A stretch of 64,000 nt of DNA from NCBI GenBank assembly GCA_002189035.1, contig NEEC01000020.1, forward strand, positions 992,001 to 1,056,000, given 5' to 3'. Below are positions 51,452 through 64,000 of the stretch, in pieces; within the stretch, counting starts at the first letter, position 1; each line of letters begins with the position of its first letter. This stretch comes from Utricularia gibba (lineage: Eukaryota > Plantae > Magnoliophyta). A model generated the notes under the pieces. The model saw only the letters and a program-made list of their open reading frames with translations. It was not told the DNA's origin and made no database searches. A program made the translations under genes and the position numbers.

Positions 51452-52311
51452 TTAAAAATTTTCATTTATTATGAGCTTACCAACTTAAAGCACTAGAAGA
51501 CGATATCTTACTAAGTCATGTAACATCGCCTACTTGAAGAAGTTTTTATGCGTAACTCGTTGAGTTTAGATCATCTTATGTATGTTTAGTTGTAGTGACT
51601 GTGAAAACAACAACTAAAGTGATGATGGATAAAGCGCAACTTAATTTATCAATCTCTTTACATATTATTAACTTGTGTTTCCTTGACACTAGTTCTTTCA
51701 TTTTTGTTTGACAAAATTTATTAACCTCAAACAGATGATCTGAAGCACCAATTGGATAAATAAATGGGCACCCAACAAAAGTATGTCTTTAGTCCAAGTG
51801 TTCTTAAATGAAAATATTTTTTTCTTGAATAGGTGAAGGTGAATGAATTGTGAAAAAATAAAAACTCGAAGCCCAATAGGGCTACTAAATTTACCAATGA
51901 AGCTATCAAAATTCTCCTAAGGACAAGATGCAACAGCCTTGGAGGCATCACCTTGGCATGTTCCTAGTGGAAATCTTTTTACTAGTCTATAACTATTCAT
52001 AATTCTTTTTTTTTTGGGTTTTTTGGGATTATTACTTTTTTTGTACTAATGTTTTTCAAAATTTTAAACAACCACTTAATATTACAAATAATCTTCTAAA
52101 TAACATGTAAATCTTCTAATATTAATGTGTTTTATTACTATTATTATAAAATTATCTATTAAAATATATGAGAATTAATTTTTAAAAATGAATTAACATG
52201 TTTTTTTATTTAATTAATCTCAATTCTATTTAATAAGCACCAAATTAAAACATCAGAGTAAATCTTGTTGAAGAAGGCCGACAGTTTCCGATCGTGAGTA
52301 ACCCCCGGCAA

Positions 52312-54705
52312 ATGGCTGGGAAGCACTACACATCTGCTTTCTTTACGATGAATCGCCGAAGAACACCTTTGTTCTACTTCTTCATTTTCTCCTTGTTTTT
52401 CCTTTGTATCCTCTGCTATGTCTTCACTCCCTCTTCTTCGCGCGCTGTTCTTAAGGCAATGGCCGCTGTTCCTGATCCCGACGTGGAGTATTCTTTTGTT
52501 TCCTCGCTCGAGAAATTTCTCGCTGACTCCAAATCGAAACCCCCAGTCCCTGACGACACTGTTCGGGGCGAAGTGACGGAGCAGGATGTGAAGGTGTTGG
52601 ACGATCTGATAACTCATAGAGAGGAGCAGGGCAATTTCGGGGACGGAGACGGCTTCTTTTCTCCTATCAGGGTTTATGTTTACAATATGCCCTCTAAATT
52701 CACCTACGATTTGCTATGGCTATTTCATAATACCTACAAGGAAACATCTAATCTGACTTCCAACGGCAGTCCCGTTCATCGTTTAATCGAGCAGGTATGC
52801 TTGTTGTTTACTTCTAGAAGTTTTACTCAGTCTTGAAGTTAAATCAATGCATCCAATCTCACATAAATTAGGTCCATATTATGACATGTAGCATTCAATT
52901 GATTACTGGCTATGGGCGGATTTGATGACACCGGAATCTAAGAGATCGTTGAAGAATGTCGTTAGAGTTTACAAGCAGGAAGAAGCGGACTTATTCTACA
53001 TTCCGTTTTTCACCACCATTGCCTATTTCTTGCTGGAGCAGCAGCAGTGCAAGCCTCTCTACAGGGTGTGAGTGTGTTACCCTAGAGTGTGTTTAATGGT
53101 CTAATCAGATGTACTAATTTCTTAATCTCTGAACTGCAAGAATTTGCTCTGTCAATATAGGAAGCTCTGAGGTGGGTTATGGATCAACCAGCTTGGAAGA
53201 GGTCTGATGGCAGGGATCATATTTTGCCGGTTCATCATCCTTGGTCATTTAAATCTGTTAGAAAGTTCATGAAAAATGCAATTTGGTTGCTTCCAGATAT
53301 GGACTCAACTGGGAACTGGTAGGTGGACGTTGGAAATGGTAGCTCTTCTTTTTTTAGGGCTGGCTATGTTACTGAATGTATAACTATTGACTCAGGTATA
53401 AGCCTGGACAAGTGTACCTTGAGAAAGATTTGATACTTCCATATGTTGCCAATGTTGATTTTTGCGATTCCAAATGCTTATCTAATGCAAAGAGAACCAC
53501 GCTGCTGTTTTTTCGTGGAAGGTTGAAAAGAAACGCAGTCAGTGCTCTTTCTCTCTCTCTCTATTCTGCTCTCGCTTAGTTCTGTGAGTCATTTTCTGAA
53601 ATGAGATTGTATATCTGTTTTTGTATCCAGGGTGGCAAAATCCGGGCTAAACTTGTGACTGAACTTAGAGGAATCCAAGATGTGATCATAGAGGAGGGCA
53701 GCTCCGGAGAGGATGGTAAGGCTGCAGCCCAGATCGGTATGCGCAGGTAAAGTGTAACTGGATTTTGTGTATTTTCGTGGCACTGGTGCAACAGAGAACC
53801 TTTCTCAGTTTTTTTATTATTATTACTTGGCAACCAGATCAATCTTCTGCCTTAGTCCTGCTGGTGATACGCCATCATCTGCACGGCTTTTTGATGCAAT
53901 TGTCAGTGGTTGCATCCCTGTGATAGTTAGCGATGAATTAGAGCTTCCTTTCGAAGGAATGATTGACTACCGCAGGGTAAGCAAATAGGTTGACAATTGT
54001 AGCATGATTTCAGCAGCAGATAAAAACGTGAAAACATTGATATGATGAGGAACATTTGAATCTGAATTGTAACATGTGCGAAAGAGCGCACATTTACCTA
54101 TTAGTTTGCATAACCCCCTGAATGATAAAGACCGTCACGCCCTTTTGATTCTCTTTAACAGGTTGCATTGTTTGTCTCTTCAATTGATGCGGTACAGCCA
54201 GGATGGTTCCTGTCATATTTGAGAAGCATATCCCCTGCGGAAATTAAGCAGAAGCAAATGAATTTAGCCAAGGTCTTTGGATCCCAACTCTCATACTGTC
54301 CTGATATGTTGTCTATTAGCATATGTTTTGTTGTTTAATCCTAAGAATAGTGTTACCTCTAGCTCTCATTCGCTCACTTTGAAAACTGGATCACGAATTC
54401 TCATGTGCTCTTTTTTTTCTCAGTACGTGAGACATTTTTTATATTCACATCCAGCTCAGCCGATGGGTCCTGAAGACCTAGCGTGGCGAATGGTTTGTAA
54501 ATACATTTATTGTTTTGGTGAGTTCTACGTGAATTTCAGCATAACTGATGCTTCCTATATTCTGTGGTACAACCAGATTGCCGGGAAGCTGGTAAACATA
54601 AAGCTTCATATAAGAAGATCACAGCGTGTAGTGAAAGAATCTAGAAGCCTCTGCACCTGTGAGTGCACCAGGCATCCTAACAACACTGAAGTCGGATCTT
54701 CTTGA
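52312..54705 (+). CDS. Exostosin family (GT47) glycosyltransferase, 506 aa; join(52312..52794,52892..53065,53161..53318,53396..53537,53631..53746,53838..53976,54162..54272,54424..54492,54577..54705)
   Basis: N-terminal type II anchor '[19 protein letters not shown]'. GT47 motifs '[12 protein letters not shown]', 'ADLFYIPFF', '[12 protein letters not shown]' and '[32 protein letters not shown]'. Eight GT-AG introns give a 1521-nt intact frame. Confidence 0.95.
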
Positions 54706-55325
54706 TTATGCTGATTGGCAGAAGCTGCAATTTCTGCAGTACGTGTTTCGAGGTTGAAACTTTGTTCTCAATCCGTAGGTGCCAATGAATCAGGATACAA
54801 TGAACGGGTTCTATGTGTATGTACTTAGAACAAATCCGGGTAAGAACACAGGTTTTTGTTATTTATGCTTCAGTGGAAATTCGATATTCATCAATGAACC
54901 ACACCGTTCTTTTCTTCTGCTTGTGTAAAACCGCATCCATACTACAGCGATAATTTTTATACATCAATGTGACTGTCATATGCGCTATGGATTGAGGATA
55001 ATTTACTTGATATTTAAATGATAAATTTTAGATATATGATTTAGGATTTTAGATAAATGTATTTTATGGTTTTTAAATTTCAAATGTATTTGATATATGA
55101 ATTTTATATAGAAGATTTAAATTTAATAATTTAAAAATAATTATCAAACACACATCTTAAACAAAGTACATTGAAAAACCATCATTGAACCAGTAACAAC
55201 CATCCCCTACATGTTTGGAAACCATTTTTTTCATCAATGCAAACATTGGTCACTACTGGCCCCTGCATCATGCTCCATATAACACAGTGAGGCAGAAGGA
55301 TTCATTGGAAAGAGCATTTGCCGAT

Positions 55326-56540
55326 TCAGCGCCGGTACAGTCCGAGGAGTGGCTTTTCTCGATCCTCTACTCGTTTCCTGGCAGCCTCTCTTGCCTTTAG
55401 TGCATCTGCATCCTCTTTTGATGATGAAGTTGGCTTCTCAGGAGGCCTTTTCCTCTTGACAGCCACTGAGGAAGGGGCAGTCTTGAACGATCTCATTGGG
55501 TTGACTGGAGTTGTTACAACTCGTCCGGGAGGAGGTCCACTTACAGCCTTCGGTTTATCCAGTGATGTCTGAGGTGGTGTCTTTCCTGAAACAGACTTAT
55601 TTCCCGAAGAAGCACGAAATGCAGTTACTGCTTCTTCTTGTGTCACCCATTTACCTATAGCATGAGTGGCCAGAGATTCGCATCTGAAAACTTTGTTGTG
55701 GGTAACAATTACATAAAGATACCATGTATTACCGAGTGCATCTGTGTAGTAGAAACCAGAGTTTGGATCATAGTAGTAACCAGTGGTTTTATTGTAATAG
55801 TAGCCTGAGGAGCTTTCATGATCCCATTCTACCAAACATGAAAAAGACCAAATAAAATTAGTCCAGAGAATAACTCAAGATGGAAAATTTGGAAGAAAAG
55901 TTTAAGCAAATTTATTTGCACCTCCAGGCATTGTGAAACCTTCATCTTCGTAATTAAATGTTCGAGCATTAGATTCCTTTGCCTCCTGAAAACTAGCTAA
56001 ATCCTTCTGATAGCTGTGGCTTGCTCTCTACAAGAATTCAGCTATAGTGAGAATATGTACTATGCTAAAAACATGCAGCGAAGAAAGATTTATTTCCAGA
56101 TAGCCATGAATCCAATTATACAAACTGTCATAGATATAAAAACTGAAATCCCAATCGACATATGTAAACCACTCACAGCTTCTATCTGTTCCAGCACCCG
56201 AGCAGCTCGCTCTTGTTCTTTCTCTTTTGTGGCTTTATCTTTTCGCATGGTATTGAGTCTATTTGCGACATTCTCCTTATGCCTTTGGCCAAGCTCATGA
56301 TTCCTTATGCTGGCAGGATTGTTTGATATGAAGATTTTACAGGTATCACACCATTTGTTACCTTGACTGACCCAGTACTAAAGAAACAAATAAAGAAGGC
56401 TTTAGCAGGTTTGATCACCACATCAAGAGAATTTTCTTTTTCAATATGAAGGTTTAAATGGAATTCAAATGGACGGATAAATGTAAAATCCTAGTCCAGG
56501 CCAAAGCATGCATAAAGAAGGAAAAATATACCTCTGTCAT
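55326..56540 (-). CDS. ZOP1: Matrin/U1-C-type zinc finger and OCRE domain protein (ZOP1-like), 246 aa; complement(join(55326..55654,55733..55828,55922..56027,56177..56377,56532..56540))
   Basis: 'MTEYWVSQGNKWCDTCKIFISNN...HELGQRH' finger, OCRE 'SSGYYYNKTTGYYYDPNSGFYY', C-terminal 'AREAARKRVEDREKPLLGLY'. Four GT-AG introns give 741 nt in frame. Probable 5'UTR exons/introns up to ~57900. Confidence 0.92.
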
Positions 56541-57946
56541 AACTACTTCCTTATGTCAGCTTGAAATCATAAATTTTGAGTGGCTTTCTCCAATGAAAAT
56601 CCTCTTTTGAGGAAGAGCGGAAACCTAATAATCATGGATTCTTATCAAAATCAATGTAAAAATTCATCTAGCATCACATCAAGGGTTGAAAGTGGATGCT
56701 TTTCTATATAAATGCAGCACACAACAACTGAATGACAAAAGAAAAATGAAGAGAAGAAAATTGCCATCCAAACTTGAAAGAACATAGTAAATAAGCATCA
56801 AGTGGTAGCAAAAGATGATTTTTTTAATTTATATTTCTCTTCAACCCCAAAAGATTATACTTGATCTAGAAAGAAATCCAGAAAAAATTTTTAGTCATTC
56901 TCTTCCTGTATAAAAGATAATACAGAACGGCTCATTCTGTTCCTGTAAAATAAAGGTGCGCAGGCAGTCAACAGGGAAACCAGAACTGTTGGCAGGTGAA
57001 AATCCTAAACCATCAATAAAAGAACGTCAATTAAAAGGTGTGCAACACTTGGGACGAAACCTATTCTTACAAGATTTCAAAAACTTCCAAACAAAGGATG
57101 ATAATTAGCTTCGTTAGACTACGTTACTATCGTGAGAAAGTTGTACATAGTCACTGTGTTCTAGAACAAACTTTAGATTAGTAAGCCAGACAGAATGAAA
57201 GTCAGGTCAGCATCAGAATATTATACGGGATTAATACCCTTTTAAAGTCAATCAAATTATCCTCATTCGAGTGACCTTGACATCACTTCTTACTTTTTAG
57301 CGGTGGAAATAACCATATGCTCAGCACCCAAGACGAAGGCAGCCAGGGATTCTACGGATAAACAGAATTTCTTACACAACCTATGAATATTTTCACATGA
57401 AAAACCTTGTTTCAGTCAAATCACTTAAGCAATTTCGCAAAAGGGGACAATTCTATACAGTAAAGAAGGAAAACCGATTGCTGTATCCTGAATTAAATAA
57501 ATGAATGTGGTTTGCCAATTCATCCCAAAATCTGATGTACAGTAAACGAGAAATTGGAACGCAATTCATATCTGCAACTCAGAAAATCAAGTAAAAAATC
57601 CACCACCTTAATAAAATTTACTAAAAAGAAACATAACCACAAAGAGATGAATAAAACTAACAAGAACCAACGAACAGAGTATTAATGCTCACCAGCAGCA
57701 CAGATCAAAGCAGAAACCACTAACCATGACATAGACCACAAAAACAAGAAAACAGAAACAAATCTAACCTTTCTTAGTCTGACAATGGGGGCACGGAACC
57801 GACGGTAGACTGTGCTAACTGCGAGGAAAGAAGAGGAGCCTCCTGTGAGACCCCGGAACCTTTCTTAGAATTAACGCACAAGGATTAAATTCCATCTTGA
57901 GTTATTTTGGAAGTGGCTAAGGGCCAGAGGGGAAGGAATGAGCCCT

Positions 57947-58137
57947 TGGGCCCAGAGGGAGCGACAAGACCTAATGGGCCGAACTCAGGGAGCGGCTGGG
58001 CTGGGAGCCATGGAAGATTCGGGCTGGGCTGGAAGTGGAAAAGGGCCAGGGGATTGGAAGGATTGGATCGTTGGGCCTAGAGGGGGCGCAAAGGCCTAGT
58101 GGGCCGCTAGGGGGAAGGTGGATCATCCTAGTGGGCC
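57947..58137. promoter_or_regulatory. Site II (TGGGCY) cluster, probable ZOP1 promoter
   Basis: TGGGCY at 57947, 57975, 57997, 58025, 58072, 58100 and 58132, plus GGCCCA at 57949, in a GC-rich island upstream of the minus-strand gene. Confidence 0.55.
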
Positions 58138-58559
58138 GGGCCTTGTAGAGTCTGGAGGCTAGGAGTGCCGATTTCTTTAAACTTTTTTATGGTTTAATTA
58201 ATCATTTTATTTATTAATTTGTTATATTTTTTCTTATCTAATATATTATAATTATAAATTTATTTTTAGTTTTTCTATAAATTGATATAAGATTTTTTTA
58301 CATTAATATAATATTTTCATTATTTTTTATGTTTATTAATATATTTTATTTATTAATTGATTATATTATTTCTTATTAAATATATAATATTTATTAATTT
58401 ATTTAGAGTTTTTATGTGAATCAACATTTACTCTCATTCATGATCCTAAGAATTCAAGTCAGTTGAATATGTAATAGCATTACATTACTTATGTTCTAGT
58501 GTAAAATTAGATTATAAATATCTTGATCATTGAGGTTTTTATAAGGTTCTTAATATATT

Positions 58560-59090
58560 ACAAATGGAATCAAACCAAAATCTACTCACAGTTTTAATAG
58601 AGAGATGTAGATACGCACACTTTCTTCCTACCATGTGGAGAAGCCACCATCACCTTCCAAGATGTTTACATACTATGAAGTCTTAATATTGATGTTACAC
58701 CAATGGTTCAGACTCATACAAAATGCAAAACACAATAATGCCATGAGCTATGTATCGAACAGTTTGGATGGAAGCCCAAAGAACTCTTCATTATTGGTGA
58801 TTCACAATTTATTATGATTGAGCTCTAAACATACATCAATAATACGTATGTTGTTATTACAATGGAGACTTCCGAGGAGGAAGTTGTACGTTTTTCTCGT
58901 ACTATTATATTATTAGTCTGTTATGGAGTTTTTTTTCTAGAATGTCATCAGTAACACCGTGATAAGTTGAGTGTTCTTGATTAGATGGTAGATCAAAATC
59001 ACTAAATGGCCACTAGTTGGTGGACAGCTATTTTGGAGAATTTGTATTGAGATCTTGATTCATTTGCATTTAGTGCACACTGTCTTCCTT
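58560..59090 (+). pseudogene. Second PMD fragment (MULE-derived)
   Basis: 'LLTVLIER...HTFFLPCGEATITFQDVYIL' matches the PMD N-terminal pattern 'LLTALVERW...HTFHLP.GE.TITLQDV'. 58877-58893 is identical to the reverse complement of ~48570-48586 in the MULE PMD. Confidence 0.75.
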
Positions 59091-61126
59091 TACTAGTATT
59101 ATATACGTTAAAATTCATCATATGACAATGTTTTTATGCTGTTGTGGGCATATACTCAAATCTTATCTCTATATCCTATACAAAAGTAGATACAACACAT
59201 ATAGATGAATCCGTAAGATAATAACAAAAGAAAAAATAAAATAGCGTCAACATAAATCGCAATGCAGCTTTAAATGCTATTAAAGTAGAAAGCCATAAGA
59301 ATGAACCCTTAAGCTCAATGGGGCTATAAGCTATAAGAAGATGTCTACTTGATCTTTTCACATCATGATAGTGTTCTTGATTTCATAGACTTTCCCATTT
59401 GTTTGAAAATGAAAGATCCCCATAGAACAAATGTCAAAGAAAGGAATAAAGAATAATATAGAGAAATGTGGAGATCAGAAAGTAGAGAACAAAATCATCA
59501 GAATTGAAAAACTAAAATTATAGGAAAGCAATTCAATTTAAAAAAACTTCAATTATGTTAATAACAATGAATTTATGTACAAAAAAGATTAAAAAAATAC
59601 AGGTATTTTAGTAATATTATAAGTAAATACAAATATTTTAATAATTATAAAATTTTAACGGGCATTTTAATAAGAAAAAAAGTTATGATACATGCATTTT
59701 GATAAAAAAGACTTTCATCTATGTTTAAATATTTAGGTATTCAATTATAAGAACATGGAATCATGCAAGCTTCCTTTCATCCTCATAGAAGGAGGCATGA
59801 GAATCGTATCATGATACCTCTCCGTGAAAATCAAGAAAACAAGAGAATTGTCGTGAAAATCAAGAAAACAAGAGAAAACAAGCTTCCTTTCAATTCTAAG
59901 ACCAAATTATATGCATGTGCTAGAATGTTATCAATCATCATATTGTCTAGATATGAGGTCATCATTTATTCATTGCAATATGGTACTTATCATGAATTGA
60001 TCATTCTCTCCCTCTAACCAAAAACTTAAAGTTAGTGTTTTTTTACCTTGTTTCTCTTCAAAATTCAAAAATTGTACCCAGCTAGTCGTGAATCATGACT
60101 AAGCACTATTATATAAAAATTGCAATGCATGTGCATAGAACATGTGAAAACCAAAATGAAATTGAGTAGAAAAATGAAGATTAATCACAAAATATAGAAG
60201 AAGAAATCTTCCAATATAGAAACAAGAAGGTTAGCTGTAAATGATTATTACAAAATAGAAATTCAAAGTAAAAAAATCATATTTATGAAGATATTAACAT
60301 AGAGTCCCATGCGAACAAATGCATATTTATGTAGATATTAACATGCTTAAGTGGTTACAACACCAATGAAAAAAAATATCACCTATATCACCAAAGTAGG
60401 GATCATAACCCCAAACAGCCAAATGCCTAAATAAAGTTATTATTGTAACATGTATATCCAAAGATACATAAAGATAATGGAGCTTAGGATCAAACGTATT
60501 GCAACTTCTTGAAACCAAACATCTCTTATATCTAAACATAGTGCAAGTGGCTATGGTTATGTGATGATTCCCCTTCAATGTAGATTTCTTGTTCACACGA
60601 TCATTTGACGATGAAATTTCATTCCCACTTCACTGGAAGTTGGCTAATAGTAGAATTCAAACATATCTGATAAGTGATATCTAGATATTAGAAATCAAAA
60701 ATACATTGAATAAAAAATATTGAGAACTATTTTTCTCTATACTTAAATTTTGAGTATTATAGAGGTTTCATATGTAGAAATCAATTATATCAATATAAAT
60801 TAAACTTCTTATTTTTATCAAATAATGGGAACCGTGTTAAAATATTTTGGTGAATAGCATGGCATTTTGACACAACACCAAATGAAAGTACTACCAAGTG
60901 GGCCAACCGGCATCAAGGGATCATAGCCGTGTTTATATGCGCGGTGGAGAACTGCACAGCGCGGCGTTGGAAAACTCCGCGGCTTCGTGGCCGTAGATTC
61001 CAAACTTGTTCCGTTGAAAAGTGCTTATGAATTTCAAAGAAGCTACTTATTTGTTCCGGTGCTGTGATTCCTGAGCAACTCACTTACAGTTTCAGAAGAA
61101 GATTTTGGTGATTGTGTTGACATTTC

Positions 61127-62862
61127 ATGGGGACCGTCATTGATTCCCACTTCTTGGGCCTTACTGCCATCGTCACCGTAAGTCTATTACGAGAAAAATG
61201 GTATCCGCGTTCTCTGATTATATGGACACGATTTCCATCTTTGCAGGTGGGTTATCAGTTGCTCTTCTTTGTAATCACGGCTCTTCTGAGGTTCGACAAA
61301 GTCACTGATTTTGCTGGTATGCGATCCGATTGATTTTTTCTTCTTTTTTGTGAGAATGAGTCTATTCACATAAGCCTTTCTGTGATTTCCTGTAAATTTG
61401 ACTCACGTTTATGTTGGCCAGGTAGCACAAATTTTATTATACTAGCAGTTTTAACACTGGTTGTTAAGGGGTCATGGCATTTTCGACAGGTGAGGTGACA
61501 GATACTCTTTGTTCTGATGCCTGAATCATAAAGTTCTTGAGGATCTTTTTCTGCAGGTAGTTTTGTCTGTGCTTGTGGTTGTCTGGGGTCTTCGTCTTGC
61601 AGTATTTTTACTCATGAGGTCTGGTTAAGAAAACGAGTTTTCCTTTGTTTTTTTGTACAGTGCATCACTCAAAGGAAAGAGAGTTCGGGAGTTATTTTTT
61701 TATCTAACTGATTCAATACCCGGCTTTGCTGATGTTTCAGAATCATTCAATGGGGGAGGATCGTAGATTCGATGAAATGCGTGACAATTTGGGAAAATTG
61801 GCAGTGTTTTGGATTTTCCAGGTTCAAGAGTGTGTTTGATAAGCACTTTTGGTTTGAGACAGGATACAGCAGTCATGTCTCAGGAATTTGCTGTCTTGCT
61901 ATTTCTCAGGCTGTTTGGGTGTGGACAGTGAGTTTACCTGTGACGATTGTGAATGCAGCTGACCGGGATCCTCCATTAGAAGCTAGGGACATTATAGGGT
62001 GGGTTCTGTGGGTTGCAGGAGTTGTTATTGAAGCAGCTGCAGATCAACAAAAATTGAATTTCAAAAATTCTCCGGAGAATCGGGGCAAGTGGTGCAATGC
62101 TGGAGTTTGGAAGTATTCACGCCATCCTAACTACTTTGGCGAGGTTGGGATGTTTGTGCTACTGATGGAAGTGAATTTTATGTTTGATTCATATTATAAA
62201 GTTTTCAAGTTTTACCTAAAGACTCTGTTATCTCTTTATACTGAATCTAATTTGGCTTCAGTTTGGTTTATGATCAAACTGAAGGAAACACTTCAACACA
62301 AGAATGACCCCCTTCTTCTTTATCTGTGCCATACCGAGTGACTTTGTCTCTCCTTTTCATGCAGATACTCCTTTGGTGGGGCATTTTCGTGGCTGCATCA
62401 CCTGTACTAGAGAAGGCAGAGTGGCTGGTCATCATCGGACCGATATTTCTTACATTGCTGCTGCTTTTCGTTAGCGGCATACCACTCCTTGAGGTTGATT
62501 TGCTGGGCTGGTGTTATGTAACTTGATATCTATACTGACAATCACGTTTAGTAACCTATTGAGCTGCTTTTCTAGGATTCTGCTGATCGAAAGTACGGCA
62601 GTGTTGGTGCATACAGGGAGTATAAAAGGACGACGAGGTTAGTGTCTTCCCTTTTCTTCAACCAAATAAACCATTTCTACAAAGTTGATGATATGTGTAT
62701 GAAAACTGTTTTTTCAGTCCTCTAATCTTGCTCCCTCCTGCGGTATATGGCCCTCTTCCTTCATGGTTTAAAGCAGTCTTTCTGTTAGAGTTTCCGATCT
62801 ACAACCGCCGACTTCCTCAGGAAAACTGGTATGACTGCTCATCTCTGTTTCTGATAATATAG
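61127..62862 (+). CDS. DUF1295 (steroid 5-alpha-reductase-like) membrane protein with a 1-nt frameshift in exon 5; exons 61127..61177,61247..61316,61422..61489,61557..61618,61741..61821,61910..62143,62365..62493,62576..62637,62718..62862
   Basis: 'MGTVIDSHFLGLTAIVTVGYQ...FDKVTDFAGSTNF', 'EDRRFDEMR', 'WKYSRHPNYFGE' and 'SGIPLLE'. GT-AG introns. Spliced length 902 nt, one short of a full codon count. An alternative last exon at 62971-63001 is possible. Confidence 0.9.
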
Positions 62863-63127
62863 GCAATTACCCAAGTCATGGATGTGCTTCTTATTTCAAT
62901 CTTTTGTAGTGTGTTTAGTGTCCTAGAAAATGAGTGTCAGTTCATAATTCTGTACTGTGTTTTCTGCAAGGAAGATACGGAGAGCGGCCACATGCGAATG
63001 AAGTCGAGAAACTGCTTGGTTGGTTGAAGATAATTTGGCATTGTTTGAGCTCTTCGGTTTGATGAATAGAGTCAGTTTTTCGGTTATGTTGTTATTGTAG
63101 TTTTGAAGAAAAATGTTGGTTTAAAAG

Positions 63128-63144
63128 TTTAGGGTTTAGGGTTT
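63128..63144 (+). repeat. Short telomere-type repeat (TTTAGGG)2TTT
   Basis: Direct reading of the sequence. Confidence 0.6.
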
Positions 63145-64000
63145 AAAAGTTAAATCTAGAATGTACTATGATGTATCCAATGCTGCCTTTTATGACGAGG
63201 TCTTGAACATTAGGAGTACAGTACACCTTGTCGAGTGATGGAGGAAAGACCTTGACACTCTAATTCCTCTTGATCCTCATTAGGTCCATTGGCAACAAGT
63301 TATAACCTGATCGGGCAGGCCACTCCCTTGTTCATCTTCATTAGGCGAAGGGTACGCTATTAGCCTATTGCCAAGGCAGAGGCAAGTAGTGCAATGATCA
63401 TAGAATTCAGAAAAGTAGGTTGGGTTGAATATGAGAATTAATGTTTTAAATAATTAAGATTTGATAGATGAAACCTAGTTATACTATATTACTATTTAGT
63501 TTGTTACTTTTAAAAAATATTGGAAATTATTTGCATATAATTTATAATTTATGATAATTAAAAATGTTAATTTTTCGAATAATATGGATGATGGGAACTA
63601 AATCGATATGTACCACGTAGGGATCAAATCAATTAGAGAGAGGATTTGAATGGTTATGATAGTCTGAGCAACAATGGCCGTTTTTGGAAAAATATGAAAA
63701 GTAGTTGAATTATAAAAATATTAGAACAGTCGACAATTATCTGTCAGCAGAACTATAGTACAATTATCAAACACATAAAGTAGTTGATACAAGGAAATGT
63801 GAAGAAAAAGAAGTTGAACTCTCTACATTTTTACTTGTAACTTCCATTTTCTACTCCGTTAGTGAAACCCTCATTTCTCAGTGAGCCTCGTCAATTCCAT
63901 AGTTTTTACGTCTTCCAACATTTTCCATATAAAAATCTCTATCTATTTTTATTCATGTTATCAACATAGTTACTTGGAAACCCCAAAACATGCGGATTGG

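Noticed and set aside
59700-60660. Possible reversed LTR or transposase debris, including a duplicated GTGAAAATCAAGAAAACAAGAGAA
   Set aside because: Too decayed to assign termini or domains by eye.
63160-63400. Possible snoRNA or other ncRNA downstream of DUF1295
   Set aside because: No convincing paired C/D boxes, terminal stem or recognisable guide sequence.
1-64000. tRNA, rRNA, miRNA hairpin, CRISPR array or organellar insertion
   Set aside because: None recognised. The tRNA-complementary stretches are retrotransposon PBSs, and CRISPR is not expected in plant nuclear DNA.

Overview
Plant nuclear DNA, possibly a monocot (weak inference from the DUF1295 protein). It holds four host genes: an Aux/IAA repressor (-, 10973-11663), a GT47/exostosin glycosyltransferase (+, 52312-54705), a ZOP1-like U1-type zinc finger/OCRE splicing factor (-, 55326-56540) and a DUF1295 membrane protein (+, 61127-62862) with a 1-nt frameshift. 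Most of the rest is nested, decayed transposons. The first 10 kb has two Ty1/copia relics, one interrupted by LTR pieces. The ~40 kb between the divergent Aux/IAA and exostosin genes holds three nests: (1) a hAT (8-bp TSD) carrying a full-length Tat-type gypsy (5-bp TSD, antisense extra ORF); (2) an Athila copy A (TSD CCATC, 5' end replaced by templated filler) next to an intron-containing exostosin fragment; (3) an old gypsy pol hit by a PMD-carrying MULE, itself hit by Athila copy B (TSD CAGCT). I found no unambiguous new biological system. The best leads are the DUF1295 frameshift that intron retention would cancel, a long fused Pro-rich/basic/env-like Athila ORF, the exostosin fragment and the filler-DNA junction. 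All alignments and identities were judged by eye; family assignments come from recalled motifs, not searches.
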